Program-made: the position numbers and the translations under genes
Assembly: GCA_047967505.1 (NCBI GenBank)
Contig: CM106538.1
Strand: one strand, 5' to 3'
Length of the DNA: 64,000 bases
Origin: Dipteris shenzhenensis
Taxonomy: Eukaryota
Shown here: in pieces, positions 54,363 to 64,000 of the stretch
How positions within the stretch are numbered: the first letter of the stretch is position 1
Layout: each line of letters opens with the position of its first letter
The notes under the pieces: model-generated
Databases searched by the model: none
Told to the model about the DNA's origin: nothing
Seen by the model: the letters and a program-made list of their open reading frames with translations, nothing else

Positions 54363-55107
54363 AATACAACCAAAATTTAATGAATTTTTTTAATTTGTGC
54401 AACAGGTTGGGGGGTATATCTAACCTGTTGCACAAGTCGAGAATTTTCTTGATTTGTGCAACAGATTGGATATACCTGTTGCTCAAGCAACAGGTTGGGG
54501 GATATATCCAACAACAGGCCTCGGTTGGGATGACCCGCAATAGGTTGGGGGGTATATCCAACCTATTGCACAAGTTAAGAATTTTCTTGACTTGTGCAAC
54601 AGGTTGGATATACCCCCCAACCTGTTGCTCGAGCAACAGGTTGGGGTTACCCCAACTGAGGCCTGTTCTTGGATATATCCCCCATCAAGCAACAGGTTCG
54701 GGGGTATATATTTTCTTGACTTGTGCAATAGGTTGGATATACCCCCCAACCTGTTGCTCGAGCAACAGGTTGGGGTCACCCCAACCGAGGCCTGTTGTTG
54801 GATATATCCCCCAACCTATTGCTTGGGCAACAGATTGGGGGGTATATCCAATCTGTTGCACAAATCAAGAAAATTCTTGATTTGTGCAACAGGTTGGATA
54901 TACCTCCCCAACCTGTTGCTCACCCCCCAACCTGCTGCTTGAGCAACAGGTTGGGGAGGTATATCCAACCTGTTGCACAAATCAAGAAAATTCCTTGATT
55001 TTTGCAATAGGTTAAGTGCACCATTAACCTATTCCACTTGCAACAAGTTGGGGGATATATCAAACCTATTGCACAAATTGAAAAAGATCATTAAATTTTG
55101 ATTGTAT
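54363..55107. repeat. Palindromic repeat array (CAACCTGTTGC / GCAACAGGTTG, GGATATA / TATATCC) forming a foldback
   Basis: The outer arms ~54361-54410 and ~55062-55110 are reverse complements. Many internal inverted units, e.g. CAACCTGTTGCTCGAGCAACAGGTTG. Confidence 0.9.
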
Positions 55108-55550
55108 TTTAGGGTTAGGGTTTAGTATTTAGGGTTAAGGTTTAGTATTTAGGGTTAAGGATTTAGGGCTTAGGATTTAAGATTTAGTGTTTAGGGTTTC
55201 AGGTTTATGATTATGTTTTTAGGGTTTAGGGTTTAGGATTTAGGGTTTAGGGTTTAGGGTTTAGAATCTAGGGTTTAGGGTTTAGAATCTAGCATTTAGG
55301 GTTTAGGATTTAGGATTTAGGTTTTAGATTTTAGGGTTTAGGGTTTAGTATATAAGATCATGAGCTTAGAACCTAGAATCTAGGGTTTAGGATTGAAAAT
55401 TAGGTTTTAGAATTTAAGTTATAGGGGTTAGGGTTTAAGGTTTAGGATTTAGGGATTATAACTGTTATATTAGTTTAAGAGCTTAGATTGTATAACCTAA
55501 GATTTAGGAAACTTTAGGATTTAAGATTTAATAGGGTGTAAGATTTAAGG
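55108..55550 (+). repeat. Degenerate plant telomere-type repeat (TTTAGGG)n
   Basis: TTTAGGG/TTTAGGA units, with several perfect runs near 55218-55282. Confidence 0.9.
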
Positions 55551-55640
55551 TATATAGACTATATAAAATATGCATTCCAAAGTATTTAGTTTAGATATAT
55601 GTAGACTATATGTTATATGCTTTCCAAAGTGTTTTGTTTA

Positions 55641-55922
55641 TAGGTACGATCCTTTACAAAGGCTTTACTTTAAGTAAGTATAAGTCTACCTAGTCAAAGT
55701 ATCTTACTGAATAGGAACAAGCACATAGGCTAAAAGCACACCGATTCATATTTTCTTACATTCATGCTGCATGGTGTATCATAAGGTACGATCCTTTGCA
55801 AAGGCTTTACTTTAAGTAATTATAAGTCTACCTAGTCAAAGTATCCTACTGATTAGGGACAAGTACTTAGGCTAAAAGCCCACCGATTCATATTTTCTTA
55901 CATTCATGCTGCATGGTGTATC
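55641..55922. repeat. ~142-bp direct tandem duplication
   Basis: AGGTACGATCCTTT...GCATGGTGTATCA occurs twice (~55642 and ~55784). Confidence 0.9.
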
Positions 55923-56689
55923 AGAAGAAATGAAAAAGTATGTGATAAGAAATATTCAGAAGAAATATGTATTCCATATCATGGACACCATGGATATCTG
56001 GTGGTTGCTAAAGTAAAAAAATGATATGGATGAAATGATACTGTAGTTTTGTGCAAAGTTTAAGGCTTTTGCAAAGTATTACACATAGTAACAAAGATAA
56101 GTAAGTATGCTAAACCTCTTCTAGATTCTATGGTTTTAAATACCTACCTTACAAATACATTATCTAATTTTTCATTCTTCGACTAACTAACAAGTATTAT
56201 ACACATGAAAGAAAATCATACATGCTAAAAGTACGTGTGTAAAATTTAATATTTTCTTATTTTTTAAATTAATTTAATTCTTTGATTGACTACTTTTTAA
56301 AATTGAAAGGATATTAGTATATAATCTACATAATTTTAAATGTTATTAATGTATAATATTAATAATTTATATATTTACTTAAATTTATATAATAATTAAA
56401 TTATATTTATATTAGTTTTTAAGTTAATACTGTATAGAATAGCAATATATTCACTAATTCTTCATTGTTTTAAGAATAAGTATTATATAAAGCACATATG
56501 CTAGAAGACCTCCCTTTCAAGTTATATTTTTTTAATTAATATATTTATTTATTTAATAATTATATAATATTTATATTAATTTATAGATTTAAAATATATA
56601 TTTTTAGCAAAATTATATTTTAATATTAGTTATTAAAAATTTATTATATTATGGAGTAAAAATATTATAAATGGATTTCTTATATTAAC

Positions 56690-57190
56690 AAAGTGTCGTG
56701 AGAAGAGTTTTTTGGAAAGATTTAGGATTAAATTTTGTTTTGAAGTTGTTGTGTATGCAATAGGTAGGGAGGTTTGAGTGGTTTTGAGGTTGAGAGAGAA
56801 ATTTGTAATAAAGTGTCGTGAGAAGAGTTTTTTGGAGAGATTTATGAGTAAAATTTTGTTTTGAAGTTGTTGCGTATGCAATAGGTAGGCAGATTTTAGT
56901 AGTTTTGAGGTTGAGAGAGAAATTTGTAATAAATTATTTTTTTTGTTGATGAGTTTTTTGGAGAGATTTATGATTAAATTTTGTTTTGAGGTTGTTGCGT
57001 ACGCAATAGGTAGGGAGGTTTGAGTGGTTTTGATGTTGAGAGAGAAATTTATATTAGATTGTTTTTTTTTAATTGAGGAGTTTTTTGGAGAGATTTATGA
57101 TTAAATTTTGTTTTGAAGTTGTTGCATACACAATAGGTAGGAAGGTTTGAGTGGTTTTGAGGTTGAGAGAGAAATTTGTAATAGATTTTT
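56690..57190. repeat. ~120-bp tandem repeat, about 4 copies
   Basis: GAGTTTTTTGGAGAGATTTATG...GAGGTTGAGAGAGAAATTT recurs. Confidence 0.85.
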
Positions 57191-57689
57191 TTTTTTGGAA
57201 AAATTATTGCGTGCCCAATAGGCTAGGAGAGAAATTTCTAAAAATAGGTTGTGAGAGTTTAAGGTGAAGAGGAAAATTTGTGGGAAAAAAGATTTAATGC
57301 AAAAATGGATTTTTGAAGTTGTTGCATATACACAAGTTTTTTAGAAAAGAATCGGATTTGAAAAAAAATTCAAATTTACAAAAACTTGATTCTTAGAAGT
57401 TCTTGCATATGCAATAGGTTAGAAATGAACTCACCTCTTGCAACATTTTGAAAATTTTTGAGAATCTTACACTAGGTTGATGAAAGGAGAGAAGCGTGGA
57501 GTGTAAAAGAATGATCTTTGAATGAAAGAGAGAATAAAGAATGTTCTACTTATAGTGAACCTAAAAGAACTAAAAAAACCTTAAAAACTAAAAAAAGCTA
57601 ACTTGACCTAAAAGCTACCCATTTCCTATAAAACTCTACTTCTCCTACTCACAACTTTCCTGGAGCTCCTCCACCACCTCTCCACCTAG

Positions 57690-59150
57690 GTACTCCCTCC
57701 CTCCCTCTCCTCCCTCCCCTCTTGCTTCCCATCCCCTCTCCTCCCGCTTCCTCTCTCCCCTCCCTTCCTCTCTCCTCCTGCTTCCTCCCTCCCCTCCCTT
57801 ACCCTCCCCTCCCCCTTCCTCTTTCCCCGCTTCTCCCCTCCCTCCTCTTGCTTCCTCTCCTCCCTCCTCCCGCTTCCTCTCCTCCCTTCCCCTCTCCTCC
57901 CCCTCCTCCCCCTTTCCCTTCCCCTCGCTTCCCCTCTCCTCCCAGCTCCCCCTTCCCCTCCCCTTCCCCGCCTCCCCCTCCCCTTCCCCGCCTCCCCCTC
58001 CCCACCGGCCCCTCCCTTCCCTGCCTCCCCCCTTCCCCTCCCCTTCCCTGCCTCCCCCTCCCCCTCCCCGCCGTCCCTCCCTTCCCCTCCCTGTCAGCCC
58101 CTCCCTTCCCCGCTGGCCCTCCCTTCCCCTCCCTGCCGACCCTCCCTTCCCCTCCCCCTCCTCGCCGGCCCCTCCCTTCCCTACCTCCCCCTCTGCCTCC
58201 CCCTCCCCGTCGCAGGCGAGAGGGAGGGAGGGGAGGGGGCCAACAGGAGGGGGAGGCGGGGAAGGGGGAGGGGAGGCAGGGAAGGGGAGGACGGGAGGGG
58301 AGGCGAGGAAGGGGAGGACAGGAGGGGAGGCGGGGAAGGGGAGGACGAGAGGGGATGCGGGGAAGGGGGAGGGGAGGGGAGGCGGGGAAGGGGAGGGCAG
58401 GAGGGGAGGCAGGAGGGCGGGAGGGGGAGGGGAGGTAGGAGGGGAAGGGGGAGGGGAGGCGGGGAAGGGGAGGGCAGGAGGGGGAGGGAGGGGGGGAGGA
58501 GAGGAGGGAGGGGGGGTTAAGCCCCTCTCCCCTCCCTTCTCTCCTCTTGCCCCCTCCCCACCCTCCCTTCCCCGCCTCCCCTCCCCCTTCCCTGCCTCAC
58601 CCTCCCATCGGCTGTTAAGCCCCCCCCTCCTCTCCTCTCGCCCTCCCGTCGCCCCCTCCCCCTTCCCTACCTCCCCTCCCCTCGGCCCCCTCCCTTCCTC
58701 CCTCTTCTCCCTTCCCCTCTCTGCTCCCTTCCCTCCTCTCCTCCTGCCCTCCCATCGCCCCCTCCCCTTTCCCCGCCTCCCCTCCCGTCGGCCCCCTCCC
58801 TTCCTCCCTCTGCTCCCTTCCCCTCTCTGCTCCCTTCCCCTCTCCTCCCGCTTCCCCCGCTTTCTCCCTCTTTTTTAACGCGGGGAGCAGTGAGGAGGAC
58901 GGGAGGGGAGGGAGGAGGGAGAGGAGAGGGCAGTCGGGAGGGAGGCAGCAGGCGGGGAGGTGGGAGGGAGGAGGCAGGCAGGGACGCGGGAGGGAGGAGG
59001 GAGAGGCAGGCATTGAGGCGAGAGGGCGTAGACAGGAAGGGGAGGTGGGAGGGAGGGGAGAGGGCCAATGGGAGGGCACAAATGGGAGGGGAGGTGGGGA
59101 AGAGGAAGGGAGAGACGGGATGGCAGGAGGCGGGAGGAGAGGAGGGGGTT
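57690..59150. repeat. Alternating polypyrimidine/polypurine low-complexity tract (C-rich, G-rich, C-rich, G-rich)
   Basis: Strand composition switches at ~58212, ~58518 and ~58878. Confidence 0.9.
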
Positions 59151-59589
59151 AACCCCCAACCTATTGTGCATGCAACAGGTTGGGGGTTAATCCCCTCCCC
59201 TACCTTAAGCCCCCAAAGGCCTTACATTTTTATTTTATTTTTTAAAGACCAAAAAAATTAATTTAATTTAATTTTCAAAAGAAAAAAAAGATGAAAAAAA
59301 TTAATTAACTTAATTTATTTTTAAAAAGTTAAAATAAATAAAACTTTAAAAAATTTTAAAAATTAAATTAAATTTTAAATATAAAAATAAATTAATAAAA
59401 TAAAATAAAATAAAATAAAATAATTTTAAAAAAATAAAAAAAATAAATTAAATTAATTTAATTTTAAAATTTTTAAAAATTAAAAATAAATAAACTTAAA
59501 ACAATATTTAATTAAATTTTATTTAATATTTTGAGTTTGAAAATCATTGTAATTCTCATTTTTTATTTTTGATTGTTTTTCAGAAAATT

Positions 59590-62500
59590 ATGGCTTCCAG
59601 TTTTGGTTCCAAGGTGTCTTTCAAATACCTTAAACATGCTTGGCATTTTATGGAGCGCCAATCAAAGTATTTTTTGGTGATCATTGCAGAGAATGTGTCA
59701 AGCGTGAAATATTCTCCATAGGCAGTAAGAAATGGTGGCATGGTCTCAAACATCAACATTAAAGAAAATAATTTGATAGAAGTTATGTACAAAGGAAAGA
59801 ATGACGAGGTGGTTTACAAGTTACGAGTTACACAGAAGCACTTCTTGAAGCCCTTACCAGATTCAATTGAGGGATCCCAAGAATTACTTAGTGCCTTAGA
59901 AGCATTGAAGAAAATGTGGGATGCATTTCCGAGTGGTGGTGTTGTACCTTCAGTAGCAGTAAGTGCAGTGGTAAGTATGCCATCTATAACATGTAACCCT
60001 TAAGTTATACCACCAATATCTGTGGTGATAACTACGGTAACTCCGACAAGAGTAACTACACTATCTACGACAGTAATTACAATATCTTCAACTGTACCTA
60101 CACCATCGACTGCTACAACTACAGGAACAAGAAGGAGTGATCGTGGAGCAGATTCAAGTTCTATAGCTATTCCCAGAAAGAGAGTAAAATAACTCCTACT
60201 CCACGTGTAGATTGTTCAAGTGCAGGTTATTTAAAACCAGGCAAAAAATTGGATAGCGATGAACAGGAGGATCCGCAAGAAGAAGATACAAGTCTCGAAG
60301 ACTTTTCTAAAAGTGTGGCAAACTTACATCCTTTTGAGGATGAGGGGTACATTTGGGGATTTTCACAATTCAGGGTGGCCACAATGCTTATTGATCGAGC
60401 TTCATTGTTCACAAATCAAAGAAAGCTAGATAAGATATTTGCACACAAATTATATGAAGATACGAGGAAAACAAGAACTCCAGTTGCCACTAATATCACT
60501 CTTCATCCTATGGCGTTTAAGATACTTCAAGAAGATGATCCTACATTGCCTGATGTCACATTTCAAAAGCGCGTGGACTTTCTTGATGCTTTTGAGAACT
60601 TTAGAAGGAGTGACTTTGTTCGTGGAGAGGCTTTGTACCAAAGCTGATATGGGACTGAGATCAAGAAGAGATACATGCTGGCAAAGAATAGATTCTTAGA
60701 AAGATGCAGGTTTGAGCCCATTGATGGGCAACACTTTTGTGAAGCTTGCAGGATCGCCCTTGATGAGGGAAGAAAAGGAAACTTGCCATAGATTGAGTGG
60801 ATGGAAAAGCTTCAACGGGTCATTTTTCATGTATGCATACTTAAACGATGACTCGAAGTACATTCTAGAATCAGAAAGGCTGACTTCTGCTCCATTTAGG
60901 TTGAAAAAAAGCGAGTTATGGGTGGGCTATGGAAAGCCACAAACAGTGAAGGGCAGGAGACCTACATCTGAGTACATGGCAAAGAGGACTCGGTTCTATA
61001 GATGCTTGAAAGGTGTCATAAGCAATACGCAAGGCATAGCAACTAATAAGGTTGAGGCAAAGGATTTGAACACCGCCGTTGCAAGATACAGGGATGTTAC
61101 TTGCATTGTCTTCTGCGAGGACTCAGTGTTTCAGAGCATGGTGGATGTTTGCCAAGCATATGAAACAGGGAAGATATCCTTTGAGGCACCAGAGCACACT
61201 GCAACTCAGAGGAAAGAAATAAAGAAACCGATGTCTATTGTTTGGTGGAGAGCATTAAGGTTTGTTCCAGATGCAATAACAGAAGAAGTATGCAAGAAGA
61301 TCCTAAGTGGTGACTGCTTCTTTGGAAAGAAGAGCAAGCATAGCAACTTGGATGAAGTGGTCACCTGAATGATTCAAAGTGAGGCTGATCTCTTGGCACT
61401 ATTGTTTTTATTAAAATCTGATGATGAGTTAGCTGGCAAGTCAATTGATATGGATAAGAAGAAAGCACTTAGCCTAGGTCAATGATAAGACATGGGCTAG
61501 AAAGTGGTTGGCTTCAATGGATGCAGATGCCACACCAACAAAGGATCTAAGAGCTAAAATGCCAAAGGTTGTTGAGATAGAATATATGGACATCAAGCCC
61601 GGGGCATTCACTCTTCATGAAAGGGGGACATCACCTGCTTGCATGAACTTCAAGAAAACCCCCTATTTAAGATCCATGTAGGATGATAAAACACCCCTAT
61701 TTAAGCTTATAAGATACCACCAAAATTCTATTATGTCCCCCCTTTCCTTAAATCTATGTTCTTTCTCAAGCATTTAGATCACACAAAAAGCAAATTTAGA
61801 TTACTTTCCTATGACTATTTAAAACCATACACAAAACCAAACTTGTTTGGACTAGTTACCCAAGGTAGCCTATACTATGTCCCCCCTCTTAAATATGGCA
61901 TGGCCCCCCTAACTTAAATTCAATATTGGGAAAAAATAAAAGGCCCCCCACCCCTAATGTATAAGCTTATGCCTCATTTAAAAAAACACCCCTATTGTAC
62001 ACTCACGTGATATCATAAGTTTCCTCTTGTGAATCCCCCGGGACATCAAGAAAAAGGCCTTGCAGTCCACTACCCAAGGTAGAGCAATTGGTGGTTTAGA
62101 TGATGGTTCTCCATTCAACTTCTCCTATGATATCCTGCTATCAGAGAATGATACAAAATTTGCACACATCAATGGCATTGATACACATTTCATAACAATG
62201 AGCGGTTATGCTTGGGAGAAGCCATGCGTATTTTTCATAGATGAATTGCAAGACCTTATAGTGTCACGGATAGTTGAACTTGTGCAGTTTATCGTAGAAG
62301 GTCCTATGGCAGATAAGAAAAGATCAATGTTGGTCCTGTTTGTGACAGAATCACAAAGGGATTACTTGTATGCAAGTTTGACATCTGCATTTGAGTGTTT
62401 ACTTTCAAAAGTATACCATGGTATAGTCCTATGCAATCATATGACTATCTTGGAAGGCACTGCCATTCAAGTCTTGTAGCCTTTCTTGATGTGCTTCTTA

Positions 62501-63447
62501 TCCAGGGGTGGTGGCAATCTAATCAAAATTCCTTTAAGGACTCTCAAGCTTCATTACTTTGAGGACAATAAGGTTAAGCTTGATGCAGCAATGGTGGATT
62601 ACAAAAAGCCGATGGATCCTGATGTGATACTAGAGATGACAAAGAATTTACTGAATGATGGGTGGAAAGTAGCATTGTATCGAATGGGTTTTGCTACTGA
62701 GAAATTGCTACGCCAAGGTAGAAATGTAAATGTCATTGATACCCCCCATCAAATTGAGTTCTTTGACACATATTACAGTTGCACTACCTTCTTTGAAGAG
62801 GAAAATGTCAAAGAAGAGGGTAGTGAGAAAAATGTCAAAGACAAGGGTAGTGAGTCTGAGGGTGATGATTCTACCTCAATTGTTGATGCGGATGAAAGCT
62901 CTGCATCCGATGACTTACGCCAACAAGAAATCCGCACAAAGAATAAGGGTGATCAATTGTCAACTAGAGTCAAGGAGTTCCACTCATCATACAGGAAGGC
63001 TCGCGGCAGTAAGAAGTAGTAGTACAGTATGTCATAGGAAAAGGTAAGGCTAAAGAGGTGGAAGCACTTCCCTTGCAATTAAAAGTGAGAAAGGCACCCT
63101 TGGTCTTGGGTGAAGGACATGCAAGTGGATCAAGTAAGGAAGCCTTACTCAAAGAAGGTATGGATGAGGAAAAGTATGACTAGGAGGAGTTACCAGGAGG
63201 CATAGATGGTTCTTCAACCATGACCTTGTAGACTCCAGAGCAGCCTACTAGTCAGGAACCTAGTAGCCAGGTTCCTACTCACCAAGAACTTGGTCATGAG
63301 ACTCTACAGCAGCCTACTAGTTAGGTGCTTGGAAGTGAAGAGCAAACTACTGAGGAACTTGCTACTGAGACTCTAGTCTTAGAGCAGCCTATTAGTCAGG
63401 TCCTTGGTAGTCAAGGGCCTGGCATTGAGGACATTGGTATTGAGTAA
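59590..63447 (+). pseudogene. Sola-like element ORF2: long, apparently intronless gene of unknown function with DGQH/ParB-like and methyltransferase-like motifs, disrupted
   Basis: ATG at 59590 is in frame with ORF 59740. Consecutive ORFs 60249, 60712, 62060 and 62486 are broken by stops, frameshifts and a MITE. Acidic repetitive tail; TAA at 63445-63447. Confidence 0.7.
61598..62042. mobile_element. 445-bp MITE-like non-autonomous element with 14-bp TIR and 8-bp TSD
   Basis: CCCGGGGCATTCAC...GTGAATCCCCCGGG (1 mismatch), flanked by ACATCAAG at 61590-61597 and 62043-62050. The empty site is seen at ~14879 in the duplicate. Confidence 0.92.
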
Positions 63448-64000
63448 CATGATGGCTGACAGCTTTGTAATCACAAGTTTTGAACTTCTATGTAAAGCAA
63501 ATATCTAATAAAAAGTTTACTACTTTTTTTATTTCTTTACTCTCATTATTGTGTATAAAGATTGTTTATGAGGTCCATTTTATACTTAATGGTCTATTTT
63601 AAACTTTATGTCAAATGTATTTTTATAGTTAAGGGTGTTTTTTAATACCAAGTGAGGTGTATATGTACACCATTTACACATAGAACGATTTATCTACACT
63701 ACCTTTCGAAGGGGTTTATGTACACTACCTTTCTAAAAGAAATGGTCATAAAAGTGTGTGCACACCACTTATACATAAAGGTGTTTATTTACACCACCTT
63801 TCTGAAAGAATTGGTCATCTATTATTGGTCGTCTATTGTTCTTAGGTGATAGTAGCTCAATTCACAAGAAGTTATGAAGATGTTTATGTAGACCACCTTT
63901 GTAAGAGATGTTTGTGAAGTTATGAAGATGTTTATGTAGACCATCTTTGTAAGAGATTTGGTTATGCATTGATGTTCTTAGTACTTAATCATCAAATTTT

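Larger units (their letters stand above)
49737..64000. mobile_element. Large Sola-like DDE DNA transposon; right end predicted ~160 bp beyond the window
   Basis: Left TIR AACACACCATTCAAAATTTTTGGACT (49737-49762) preceded by TATT. A matching right TIR + TATT is seen in the duplicate at 17005-17034. The empty site CTAATATTCGG is seen in the minus TPS copy (~45548-45558). GGTGTA/TACACC subterminal motifs at both ends. Confidence 0.85.

Noticed and set aside
54346-55007. Overlapping repetitive ORFs on both strands
   Set aside because: Artefact of the palindromic array.
54240-55550. True chromosome end or end-to-end fusion site
   Set aside because: The repeats are short, degenerate and internal to a TIR-bounded element. 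A fusion would give TTTAGGG then CCCTAAA, the opposite order.
57722-59261. Pro-rich and Gly/Arg-rich ORFs (extensin-like)
   Set aside because: Open on both strands only because the low-complexity C/G tracts lack stop codons.

Overview
Eukaryotic, AT-rich, transposon-dense plant DNA. The three-domain diterpene synthase and the TE types point to a seed-free plant such as a fern or lycophyte (inference). I found no intact gene. The window holds four fragments of one diterpene-synthase (CPS/KS-like) gene in alternating orientation: 1-360 (-), 17031-19114 (+), 43411-45895 (-) and ~48150-49736 (+). They belong to an apparent ~45-47 kb tandem segmental duplication. The fragments are cut by nested DNA transposons. 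(i) A divergent CMC/EnSpm-type element has its transposase at 7304-11092. (ii) A complete CACTA element (27967-37520, AGT TSD) sits inside a ~182-bp satellite array. (iii) Older CACTA remnants include a Ulp1-like protease. (iv) A >14-kb Sola-like element runs from 49737 past the window end, with a 26-bp TIR and TATT TSD; the right end of a duplicate lies at 13842-17030. The Sola-like element is the most unusual object. Besides its DDE transposase it carries a foldback capped by outward-facing telomere-type repeats, a purine/pyrimidine switch tract, and a large divergent second ORF. That ORF has a QR...DGQH (DGQHR/ParB-like) signature and a C-terminus resembling a degenerate beta-class DNA amino-methyltransferase. 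All domain calls were made by eye and need HMM or structure confirmation.
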